Shown here one piece after another: positions 13,044 through 25,167 of a DNA stretch of 64,000 nt. Under the pieces are notes generated by a model, which was not told where the DNA came from, did not search any database, and saw only the letters and a program-made list of their open reading frames with translations. Positions within the stretch are counted from its first letter, which is position 1; each line of letters begins with the position of its first letter. Position numbers and translations under genes: made by a program. This stretch comes from Paecilomyces variotii (taxonomy: Eukaryota), in assembly GCA_004022145.1 (NCBI GenBank), contig RCNU01000002.1, one strand, 5' to 3'.

Positions 13044-15727
13044 GGCGTACAAGGAGCGCTTGGCTACGTTTGTGGTCCCCTTCTTCTTCGCCCGAGGTCC
13101 TCCTCTGCTACCTCTGAAGCCTCGACGCTTCACGCTTTCCCGCAGCAAACCCTCCAGTTTTCAATGGGACCGACCGCACCAGCGATGTCCCTACAGTTCC
13201 CCGTTGATCCCAAGTCTGTCTTCGTCGACCAGCGGGATCCAAGGCAACGCCACGGAGATGCCTCCTAGATTCAATCGGCGCAATCGCTATTGACCACCGG
13301 ATGAAGGACGTGGGATACAGTTCTGAGTCGTAAATGCTGCTCTTATTTGACACCGCGAGGGCAATTGACTCCACTATGCTCATCCGGCCCGGCTGGTATT
13401 CTTTCCTTTGTATTTCTGTCCCTGGCCTGGTGATATAATGGGCCAAGACGTGAGATAACCGGGATGGAACCAATCCTAAGAACCGCCAATGTCTACCGGA
13501 GATGTGTTATGAGAGTAAGATGCGAGATATAAGGGGGGTGGGATTCGATGTCGGAATCGATCAATCGCTGATCGCCGAATGAGGAAAGGGAATGGAATGT
13601 TGCAGGTGAACAAAAGAAGACGCGGATTGTATCTGAAGACGGATTGTTTATGTGAGTTGACAGGACTCTTGAATATAATAATGTCCACCAGAGACTGATG
13701 GGCAGCAGTGCAGAGGGAGGGGGGATCTAACCAGGGAGGGAATCCCGTCAGAACAATCCAGGCAGCACGCGATACTTAAGACTCCGCAGCCGAGCCGCAG
13801 ATCTCGTGTGAAAGAACGGGGTTCGTTGCTTCTGGAAGTTCCACTCGTGTTGAGCAGTCAAACGGAAGGGTTGAGAGAAGCCGGGACTTGATATGATATG
13901 GAGTCCAGGTCCAGCCAAAGGATGCAGGTGAGCACGTTGTCTCTGGGCTCCCTTCTTAGGGCCGAGGACAGTGCAGCAGAGCGAGTTCGAAAGCTGTACA
14001 GTCTGTAACCAAGTGGATACTTGGCAGCGAGGATTATCTGACGTTCCAAGCGGCTATTCTCGAAGAAAAACGACCGTTCGATGAGTTGGACGAGTGAGAT
14101 TACCTGATTCCGCTTAGAGGAACGAGACGGTGGATCGGCAGCCGTGTTCACTGTCCAGCTTAACCAGGGTCCTCTGGTCACTCGTGCCTGTCGGAAGGCT
14201 CGAGACGACAAGAATGTGGGAGGGGGTTTAACCGGTCGATGCGATTTGGAATCCCGTCCGTTCATGGGCGAACAACTGAGTATCCGGGCGGATCCAGGTG
14301 GAGAGGATGAGTAGTAGTTATAGTTAGTCTATATCCACTTCCGATGCGAGGGCGCGATGATACGACGTATGGTAAATGCGATCACGCAGCCAGTAGAGTG
14401 TCTCTCTCTCGCCTCTCGTTGAGGATCAGAATCGATCCTCTTTGTAGAATAATAGATAACTATAGTAATTGATACAGAACAGGCGCACCGGGTGGCGGTG
14501 GTCTCGTCTCGTTGTCCAGGCTGCGTCTTTGAGAGGGATGGATAGCGCCGTGCGGTCGATCCTCAAGGAGCGGGCTGGCCAGGTCAGAGATACGATAGGG
14601 AAGAAAGACGGCGGATGGGTATGAGAGCCAGACTAGACTGCATCCTTCATAGCAAGTCCAGTGTCATTGGGGAGACTGTCCGTCGCGCAGCACTAGCAAT
14701 TTCAGATCGGACCAGGATCGAGCTTCTTCTGGGGCCGTTCTGGCATGGACTTTTGGGCAACCGAACAACGTGCTGTTCTCGTGCAGGATGGCAATTATGA
14801 TTATAATTGGGCTGTTATCGGCCAGGATCTGCGACGGTTCCAGTGCAGAAAAAAAGGTCAACCCGTTCCAGCCAGCAGTTCTGACAGGTCAAACTCAACT
14901 AACTCTCTCGTACTTACAGCTTCTTCCATCCCGCCCCCAGCAGAGAGAATAATCCCTGCCTGGTCTGACTATTAATTGACTTGTCCGTACCATAATCAAT
15001 TAATAATGATTAATTCCAGTTGAAAACGTAGTAAAAGATGCTGCCGGTAGCCGATGGTTCCTTGGAGATGATTGATGAATTAAGTTGTCACTAAAGAGAG
15101 AGAGTTACGCAGGTGGCTGTTTGGCCTTCCAGAAAGCGACAAGAAGCTCGCGCGACAAAAACTGCGAAGGCCGTGGAAGCAACCACGCTGCCCATGTGCC
15201 TACACCGGCATCTCCCGTTGGCCGTGGCGTTAATATCCACTCGAGGGTTTCATGGTTTTATCCACACGGCCAGGAATTATTATTGATTATTATTATGGTA
15301 ATCGTCAAGAGAGTCCTCTAGTTGGCGACTGTCCAACTTTCCAAGGGGAACACTCCACTAAAAGGGCGAGAAAAAAAAAAGAAAAAGAAAAAAGAGAAAA
15401 AAAAAAAAGTACGGGCTGCAGGATTTATCGCCACCTCTAAGGCTTCTAGAACTTCTCCAAGGCGGATCCTGACCCGGAAGTCTGCAAGGCACAGCGGATC
15501 AGTCGTTACTCAAGTAACTAGACAGCCATTGCGTGCTCAGAATCTCGTGTTCTTCCCGTAAGGTACTACTACTACTACTAAGTACTCTACCATAGAATAG
15601 TATTTGGAATGCAGACCCTTTTCGTAACTAGATGATGGATCCGTATAACTAACTACCAACGCTAGTCCGATCTTCTTCTGGGGAAGCCGGTCACAGACGT
15701 CATGCCGACTAGTATTATATTATTTTC

Positions 15728-15730
<3 letters not shown>

Positions 15731-15759
<29 letters not shown>
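15731..15759. repeat. (TTA)n microsatellite
   Basis: About nine TTA units read directly. Confidence 0.9.
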
Positions 15760-17123
15760 GGCACCTTGGTCATGATCTCTTTGGTTGCAGGCAGTGTAAT
15801 AATCAACTAATAATCCTCAAAGATACGTGTGTGACTCCGGATGCCAGCATTGGTCGGACCCGAAAGCCAAGATGGCAGCCAACACCATCGGTTCAGCCCT
15901 AACAGCCACCGCGATCCTTCAACATCCTTCTAGAACATCGGGTAAGAATCAACTAGTGAGCATAATCAATCAGCTCAGATTTCAGATCCAACAGCAGCGT
16001 CAGTCCGCCTCTCCGTCGGAACAAAACCCAGTACTACTGTATTACCTGTTCGTCGTTTCGTACTCAACGCTAATCAACTAATTCCATACTGCTGGCGAAT
16101 ATTCGGCTGCATTTTCCGCAGGCGTAAAATGGATCCATGAATTACCATAGTTGGTTACTACTGCATGCCAGTGTTACTCAAAGCTACTTTACTCTACAGA
16201 GCTTTTCACCTGCCTACCTTACTACTACTGGCCAACCAGCTGGCATAACTATACCAGGCGCTAGAGTATATCCGCAAACAGTTCAGGGCTTTCCAGGACT
16301 TTGTATGCTATTCTTGTCCATCAGTGGACCTTGATTGCGCTGCGGATAAACATTTTCTTTTGCTTTGGTCGCCTATTCTCCGACTTCTGCAGAATACTCT
16401 ACCATAGTAGCGGACTGCAGCCTGATCATAACTAGTTGATTTGTGTAGCCCATGTCTGTGTCTCCGGGGGGCGCCGAGGTGACAGCCCTATGGTAAAAGC
16501 TTACTCACCGTCGACGATCGAGATGGCAGTCATATCACCATGCTCTTAGAGACTCTGAACCGAGCAAGACAGCTCGAGTTCATTAACTACCAGCAACAAG
16601 TGATGGCAGTCAGTCTAGTTCATTCACACCCTCTCCTTCCATCACAGCAATTGATGGCAGCCTAAATCTTTCCCCCCACCCCTTCTCATTTCTTTTCCTC
16701 ATCTCATCATCGTCTTTACCTTTCGTTTTGCAACGAGCTTACTCCTGTGTCTCCATCTCCTTTATGTATATCACGACTATTAAACTTATACCTGTGACCC
16801 GGTCTCTTCATTATGATTATTAAGCTTACTTCTATATTGTCACGACGCTGAACGAAGCGGGAGAACTAGAGGGAATCACACAGATAAAACACCACGAATC
16901 CTGCCCAGAATCCTTCCTTCTTCTCCTCTCCAGCTTGAAGTTCTTAGTTATGCTGCCCTACTAGGTTAGGATTTAGTAATGAATCTGATTTAGTTCGTTT
17001 GAGCCTGACATATATAACTATCTATCTCTTCTATTATAATAATAATCAAACATGCTATTATATCTCTATCTCCTTCATCACAATTGTCTTCTTCTTTCAC
17101 TCTACTCGCCAATAATACATAAG

Positions 17124-18268
17124 ATGTCGAACCACGAAAAGTACGCATCGCTTTATGCCTGAACTATATATATATAATAAAGCCTGCCTTCGTGACCAGC
17201 AGAAGAAGCCGCACTGCGAATTCAAATTATCCCAACTTTCCCAATTCTCCACTGCCTCCTCTTCTATTTCTGAATTTTCTTGAAGAGAAAAAAAGTCAAA
17301 GCTCCCACCTCTCAGAGAGAGGTTTTTTTCTTTTTGGCCTCCTAACTACAGAGATGGTCTCCTATATAAGCCAGAGCTCAGAATACCATCATGGAAAGAA
17401 GAATTTTCAGGAGGAACTCGCTGAAACTGTTGTTACGATTGCCCCCCTGTCAAAGAGCCTTGCGGTCCTTGATAGACAAAAAAGAGCTATCGAGCAGGAC
17501 CTCGAAGAAGTTGCGGAGGTTCAAATAGATTTTTTGATCTTCTTGTTAATGTTAATTCCCTTCAGTCGCGATCAAAAATGAAGCTAGCTTCTCGCGAGAA
17601 AAAAAAAATCCAAGAAGAGGAGAGGAAATCAGGTGAATTACGGACAGACACTGAACTGATTCGATGAATCAACTCTTTGAGATAAACAGATGGCAAGTTG
17701 AACGTTGAAAGCGAGAGAATTTATATATTTTCAGATCCCACGAATACAGTTCCAAACCAAACTGTAACTAATCTAAAGCGATACGCAGTTCGTGCTCTGA
17801 AATAGAAAGTTCGTGCACCCCTCCCTCCCCCCTATCAAATCGCTTCACAGCATTTCTCTAACCCTTTCTCTGCAGGATTTCGACAAGAAGGAGCTAGTAT
17901 TTCTCACAGAGAACAGACCAGCTCGCCGGTTCCTCTACTTCAGATTTCTGATCACGTATCTCAATGCGAAGAAGTCCGAAAACACGGCGTTTACGTCTAC
18001 TGTCGAAGGGAGAGACCAGTTCTGGGCGTCCCCTGGGGAGTACTTGGAGAAGTCGACCCTCAAAGCTCTCGCCAGAAACATCTCTGGTCTCGAACTACCT
18101 CCCACTCTCCTGCAGCACACATTCGAACATGCGCCGAAGGATGAGCTGGCGGCCGACTACGTCGGCATCAGCCTTTCCTCGCTGCTCAGGGATGCGACCG
18201 TGGAGAGCACAAAGGAGTTGGAGGCCGAAGATCCTTTTGATGAAGACGAGGAAGAGAATGATGATTGA
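17124..18268 (+). pseudogene. Degenerate fungal HNH-endonuclease-family gene remnant (in-frame TAG, central region apparently deleted or frameshifted)
   Basis: ATG at 17124, intron 17141-17199, coiled coil LDRQKRAIEQDLEE. Then ...ALK*K|DFDKKELVFLTENRPARRFLYFRFLITY...FWASPGEYLEKSTL, which resembles the C-terminus of fungal HNH_2 proteins. TAG at 17803-17805 falls where Trp is expected. No HNH core motif visible. Confidence 0.55.
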
Positions 18269-19667
18269 AATGGGCACACTGCTGAGCTGGTCGGTTTTAA
18301 GAAAGTGCACATACCAAAGGCCCTGGGAAAGGAAACAGGCTGAAGTACTTCTAGATAGCTACTTGACAGTGGACCGAGGCGGCTGTCTTCCAATGATACA
18401 GATATCTTTATAATTAAAAAAAAACTTAGCTAGTATCAATTACCGTATTTGCACTACAAACACACCCATGTACCTATCTTATCTGCAACTGTAAACATCA
18501 CGCTATGCAACGCCGGCTAGGCTTTACAAACAAGTAGCGTTCGGTAAAGTCAGCACAACATACCTCGAGAAACATTAACAGGTGAGAAAAGAGGTAGCCC
18601 AAACGGAAAGAGAGGAAACGGAAACGGAAATTGAAATGGAATATAAAGTGGTGCCACTTCGGCCTACACGTCTCTTCTAACAGCCCACACTGTGGTCTAG
18701 GAAGACGATTGGCTTCGGCACGATGAGCATCACCGCAAACCCTATGACCCGGACTGACAGACCACCCAACTAACAACAGGAGAATGATATTATTAAGACA
18801 AATAGAAGAAGCACACACAAGGTTGGTTCCGTAACCGAAACAAGGCTGGTCTCAAAGGGGCAGTTCAACTTTCTAAGCAGAGCCACAGGCTGCTACTCGT
18901 ACAAGTCTCACTGCCATGAATACTGTTCACGCCAGCAATCTTGTGCCCCAGCGTACTCAGAAACCGTGTGCCCAGTTATCCCTTGCAATTGCTTCTGTCA
19001 CAGGTCCCCGTTCAAATTCACCCGTCAGTCCAGATTCTCCCTCACCGTCCTTTCCCGCCAGTGGAAAATAACAACGGCAAGAAAGACACAGTTAATCGAC
19101 GGCATGGCACAGGAGACTTGGGCTCCCAGAGTCGAGCCCCGACAGAGCGGTGAAAACGGTCGAGAAAGATGTAAAGTCTATTATTATATCGTTCGGGAAA
19201 CGAGATCGGACGGGCACGTAGATAACCCCAATTTTCGCCTGGCCGGAATATAGCGCCTTAAAAGAGAGTGATGAGACGAAGAAATATATCGCTCCACCGG
19301 TCAATCGGCAACCCGGATGCAGTCCAGCGGAAGGCGGGCATGACTCGCAAGGAGGAAATGATGAAAAAAAGGCTCTTTGGCCGTGACTGACTCCGATATC
19401 CACCCAATGGAGAAACAAAAAGGTAAGAACATTCCGTAATGGCCGTACGGTCGTTAACGAGCGTCGCTATGAACAATTCAACTGAAAGGGAAAATGGACG
19501 ACCGAAAGGCGATTACAGACGCAGGCCGTCGTCCACTCTTCACGGAGTCCCAGGTTGATGAGAGACTTCAAGGGACCTGCGCTGGCGTAGGCAGAATGAC
19601 AAGCGACTGTAGCCATCACTCATCCTTGAATTGGATTAGCAATTATGGCTTTCTCGATCGAGCGCTG

Positions 19668-21226
19668 TCACCTACCACAGCAGAGCGCCTTCATGATCTT
19701 CTGGACAAAAGTGGGCTGGGGCTCATTGTTCCCCTGCGTGCCCTGAGCCTGCTGATTGTTCAGCGCTCCATTCCCGGGGCTCGATAGGCGAGGAATGTTC
19801 CCGTTGGAGTTCTGAAACTGAGCCTGGGTCGAGGCTGCTGGTGTGTTTGCGTCGATAACCCCCGCCTGTCCGCTCTGACGTTTGGCTTGCGGCCCGCCTG
19901 GGGCGCTTGGCCGCTCTCGCGTCTTCCCGGCTCCGGGTTTTGCTGGAGACGGGGGCGGGGGCTGCGCGGCGTTTAAACGGTCGGCAGTAACTGCTTGTCT
20001 CTGGTTTCGGCTTCCGTGCAGCTCTCGAGCAGACGAGTTCTGAGCATGGGTGCCATGAAGATGGTGCTGAGAGGAGTAGGACTTGTATTCCCATCCTCGT
20101 CCGTTGTTCAGCTTCATCCAGTCGTACTCTCCGTCTTCGACTTCCCCAGTGTTCTTCAGAGCTTGAGTGAACAAGTCGCGCAGGTAGTCGTAGTCGGGAG
20201 TGTCCTCGAAGCCGAGGTTCCGGACGTAGCTCAGGTACTTGCTGAACTCTTCTGCAGAGGGAATCAGTATGATCGCAACATATAGAACCGGTTACGGGTC
20301 ATGTACCTGGAAATCCATCGCATAGATCTTTGATGGCAGTCGTCTGTTTCTTCTCACCGATCTTCTCGTACTTCTGCTTGTTCGTAGCCGCCTTCAGTCC
20401 CTGCCAAGGCAGACCACCTCTGAGGAAATACATGAAAACGTGTCCCAAGGCCTCCAGGTCATCACGTCGTGACTGTTCTCGTCCCAAGTGGGTATTGATA
20501 CTCATGTAACGCGCCGTACCCGACAGCGACTTTCGTTCCCGATAGGGAATGTGCTGCTTTGTCTTCGGGTCTCTGTATTGCTTGGCCATACCAAAGTCAA
20601 CGACATGGATGACGTTTGCAGCTTTCGTGCCGGGACGACCAATGAGGAAGTTGTCGGGTTTGATATCTCTGTAGATGAGATTCTTCTCGTGGATGGTCTG
20701 GACGCGCGACAGCTACAGGGGGGTGTCAGTACTGTTTAATAACATAGGTTCCAGGGTGCCAATGGACGAACCATCTGCTTGGCGACCATCACCACGGTCT
20801 TGATCGAGAACCGACGGTTGCAGTGGTCAAAAAGATCCTCCAGACTGGGACCGAGCAAGTCGATGACCAGGATGTTGTGCAGACCTTCCTGTCCGAAGTA
20901 GTAAACATTGGGAATACCGGCTAGAAAACTGTCAGCATGGACCCTTCCGAGGAAAAGAGTTCGCGAGACTTACGACATCCGACAAGGATCTTGTACGTGC
21001 GGTACTCATCGCGAAGCTGCGGTGCATCACTTTTCCGCGGCTCCTGCCCTGGTGGTTAGATCGTATGGAACTCAATCTCGGCAGCACCAGCACGTACAAA
21101 CTTGATAGCAACCTGCTGGTTATTCAATAGATTCGTGCCCTCAAAGATCACACCAAAGGAACCTTCACCAATCTTCTTTCCCACTCGGTAGTGGACGCCC
21201 ACTACGTTCGACGAGGATGATGCCAT
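19668..21226 (-). CDS. ckiB: Casein kinase I, plasma-membrane Yck1/Yck2/Cki type, 5 exons
   Basis: [72 protein letters not shown], and C-terminal di-cysteine ALCCG. Confidence 0.95.
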
Positions 21227-21752
21227 GACGAAAGATGTCGACGATTACTGCGGACAACAGAAAGGGGGACAGGATCGACGTAGCGGACGTTGACGTCGGG
21301 GGAAAGCAACTGTCGATGACACCAACGTCAGTTCCGATGCAGAATGACCACGGAGACTCCAGCTAGGACTGTATATCTAGATGTCACGCCGGAGAGCGAT
21401 GAGGAAGGTCGGGGAAACGGACAATGAGGCCTGTTTCACCGGACGTCTTTCATCGACGAGAATCGGAAACGGCTGGCCAACCAGATGACAACCACAAAAC
21501 ACCCGAACGGAGCGAGTCAACGACTGCTATTATTTGATTGAACCGTCGAATTTTCTTCAGGAGGTACGGAACGCAGGATGGATAGCTTTCCTGAAGACAG
21601 GCGAACAAGATCCCCCGGGAGACGGATGACCGTGTGGACTCGACTAGGCACGGCGTACGGCTGAGGAGACGAGAAAGGGGCGAGGACCAGTCGATCCGGA
21701 GTTGGACCAGCTGCCACGCAGTACGGAATCCGCACTGGAACGACGTGGAGGG

Positions 21753-21860
21753 ATGGAGGGAGGGAGAGAGAGAGAGAGAGATAGAGAGAGAGGGAGTTGG
21801 ACGTCGAAGGGGGAGAAGGGAAGGCGGAGGGATAAGACGAGGCGAGAGGGAAGGGAGAGG
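21753..21860. repeat. Purine-rich (GA)n tract, CT-rich on the kinase sense strand, in the casein kinase I leader/promoter
   Basis: GGAGGGAGGGAGAGAGAGAGAGAGAGATAGAGAGAGAGGGAG read directly. Confidence 0.8.
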
Positions 21861-24099
21861 TCGGGTTGACAAGGGAGAGCGGTTTGGTTCGCTGGGGGTT
21901 GTTTTTGGCGTGGGCGCTGAGCCGCGGGAAGCCCGAGAGAGCCAGAAGAAGAAGAATAATAATAATAATGGCCTGCAAAACTGCAAAGCCTCGACGTCCG
22001 AGCTTAACTTAGCGGACGACTTCTTGGCTGTGGAATGCGCCCAAATTCGCCAGCGATCATCCTGCCTGGACGCTCCCCGACCGCTAAAAAGGAACCTAAC
22101 CCGGTCGGATTGAAGCGCTGCTGACGGTCGCGAGCCGGCAGCTGAACTGAAGAGGGCGCAGAGACACAGAGACAGAAGCTGGAAGAATCCGTGGTGGAAA
22201 TTCGTGTCTACAGAGCATCCCTCATTCCTCATGATGAGGACGCTACGCAACCGGTACTCTTTCCCATTGAGGCAGTGCTGACTCTCCTACAGCTCTACAG
22301 CTCTATGGTACAGATCTCTCTAGCTCTCCAGGTCTCTCTCTGTCTGTCTCTCTCTCTCTCTCTCTCGATTTAGGTACGGGATGATAAGTACTGGTACTGG
22401 TACTGGTACTCGTTACCGTTACCGTTGCCGTACCATAATTACCGCGGGAAACACTCAAAACCGGTCGATAAGCCGTGCAAAACGCGTAACAAAATGGTCA
22501 CGCCCTCCGCAGCCGGCTGGCCGGGGGAGAAAGAAAAACCAGGTCGATCTGGCGATGCTAAACCAGTTTCCGCCTGAGAGACAGACACCGTCGTCGCTGG
22601 TCTCTCTCTCGTCCCACGGATCTCCAAATTGGGTTCTGACGTGGTAAACCGGCCGCTTCCCGGATGAACCTGTTGTTGTTTCTTGTTGGCTCTTACCCCT
22701 GGCCCGATGGAGACCGTCCCGAGAAAATCACAACAGGCGTGTCCTTTACTTAGATATCCGGCTGGTGCAAAAAAAAAGACAAGTCCTGGGCCGCCCCATC
22801 ATTGGAAGGGAGATAATTACAGTATACGCCTTAGAGTAGACCAGCACGAAAACAGCGATCGACCACTACTCCAGAGTCCAGCTTCCATCGGGAACGATCG
22901 TGACCATCGGGAAACCATGTCTAGAGCTTATATGAGCCTTGCTATCATATCTAGATTCCAGGGTAATATATGGCAATATGCACGCGGCATGAAGCTCGAG
23001 CTTTCCCTTGAACCCTTACTAGCTCACAGCATCGGTCGACTGATCCGTCATGATCTGCCAGGGCGAGACGTAAACAGGGTACATGAATGCCCTTCCTGAT
23101 GCATCCCAGCGCTGCAGACTTCGCATCGAATATACGGAGTACGTTATGCTGAGACGCTGACAACCTCGTTTAGGGGAGTCGGAAGTCGTGTGCCAGCCCA
23201 ATTGGTCTGTGAGGCTGTTTTCCCCCTCAGACTGGCATCTGCGTATCAACAAAGACAGCATAGGACATCTGACGGCACGATGTCATTGAAACACGTGTTA
23301 CCACAGCACGGCTACTGTTGCCTCTATCCTAGACACGTCCAATCCAGTGTAATTCCCAGAGAACGAGGGAATTGGCCTTGGGACGTTCTATCGGATCCTG
23401 CAGCCATCACAGACCAAGAAAAATGCGCATAAGGACCCGTCAATGCTTCCCGATATGGTGGAGGAGCATGAAATGAATTATTGAATATTTCGAACAACGG
23501 TTATCCACCCGCTATTCCGCCATTATGGTGCTATGACGACGTCCCTGGTCTAAGCAGGTGGGAAGAGAAAAGGACGACCCACAGCTCTTTCCGGCAGATA
23601 TCCACCAGGTCCCATCCTCATGGGGCTCAAAACAATGGCATCACCTCGTGCCAGGATACGCAAGGTTTAGTCTGATTATATCTTGCTGTGGCACGTTGTT
23701 GAAGCCGCATCCATATGCAGAGATGTTCCATTAGCGAGAGCCGGAGTCAACATATCCAAACGCTGAAGACCCTCACATCGAAGCGGTGTCTCTGCTGAAG
23801 CGCTAGGTCCATCAGTTTGCCATTGCGTTCTAAAACAGGGACCACGCCGCAGGAATTTGGCCCAGGGCCGGACTCTTTTTGAGAGGCATGGACTCTCAGA
23901 CCTTCATTCTGGGCTCGGTGAAAACATTCTCTCCGGCAGAAACCGACTTAGATATAGTTCTTCTCCCGTGCTTTCGAGACGCGGTTATTCGGCTGCACCC
24001 GTTGTCTCTGCGGGCTAACTATTACCTCCCAGGGCAGACAGCACGGGCAATGACTCTGGGAGAGACCATAATACTAGTTAGCTGCATATGGTCGATATA

Positions 24100-24720
24100 T
24101 ATATATATATATGCATATTATTGGTATGACCACGCCTCATAGGACAGTTAGTTATATTATACATAACTATCGACCTCTATCTCTGACACAATACAAATAT
24201 TAATATCTACCACTTACTATAACTACCCCATATTATCATATCATTAAGAATATATAATAATGACCGTCTAATAACCATACCCCTTACATAAACTATATAA
24301 AACACTAAAACTTCAACTAGCAGAATCACTAACTTAGCCATATTCTACAGACCCGAAAGGAGTACGGAGTACATACTAACTAACCAATACTACCTAACTA
24401 GATCTAATCATACTATAATAATAGTATACCACTTATAACCCAACTAGCACCCAAACTTATCCTACTGCAGTTTACGCCGCAATTATTATTCAGCTATGGT
24501 AAAACTTCCTTTCTCTCCCCTTTTTCTTTGGCTTCTAGAAACCAGCTGTGGCTTCTAGAAGGGGGGTAACTAACTAGATGGCTTTTCCCTTTCTTCTTAG
24601 TACGGAGTACTTAATAGGATTCTCCTATTGCATGTTAATAATGAATGTAGATATGGGTAGATAGTGAAGTAAACTAGTTAATAATGCACTGATCTTCGCT
24701 GACATCCATGGTATAATGAT
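24100..24720. other. AT-rich, TpA-rich, RIP-like intergenic patch
   Basis: Dense TA dinucleotides (e.g. TAACTAACCAATACTACCTAACTAGATCTAATCATACTATAATA), few G on the + strand, no ORFs. Confidence 0.55.
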
Positions 24721-25167
24721 TAGGGGAGTTCTGTCTGGTTCGGGCTAGGGCTGTGAAAGAGGAATCGTGTGGACGTACTCTGTGCACTCTATCTCTGCAG
24801 CATAGTGGAAGACTGCGCTGGAAGAAAAGAATCTATTGAGTGCGATCGATCGATGACAGTTCTCGTCCTGATTACCCTAGTACAGCACTACCTCGAGGGC
24901 CCAGCGACGATGGTGATTACGAATATACTATACACTTATGGGTGGGTGAGTGGATGAAAATATTTGGTATTCAGAGTACATCTCATTGGTCATGTTACAT
25001 TTCGCAGAGGATTCGAAAGACATATGCATCCCAAGGGGGATAACATGGACATCATCGAGAGAAAGAATAAGACAGGTTGCAACCCATTGTTGCAGTGATA
25101 CCATGGGGACCCAGACAAGTATGTCACATTCCGCTCATAGGGCGGAGAGATTAGATGAAGACGACGT

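Noticed and set aside
16522..16661. CRISPR-like repeat-spacer array
   Set aside because: The repeats are only 8-11 nt, spacing is irregular, the context is eukaryotic, and there are no cas genes.
21450..22250. 266-aa ORF and overlapping ORFs upstream of casein kinase I
   Set aside because: These are translations of CT/GA microsatellite-rich leader DNA, low complexity with no domain.
22231..22281. C/D-box snoRNA (ATGATGA...CTGA)
   Set aside because: Only about 50 nt long, with no convincing terminal stem or recognisable rRNA guide.
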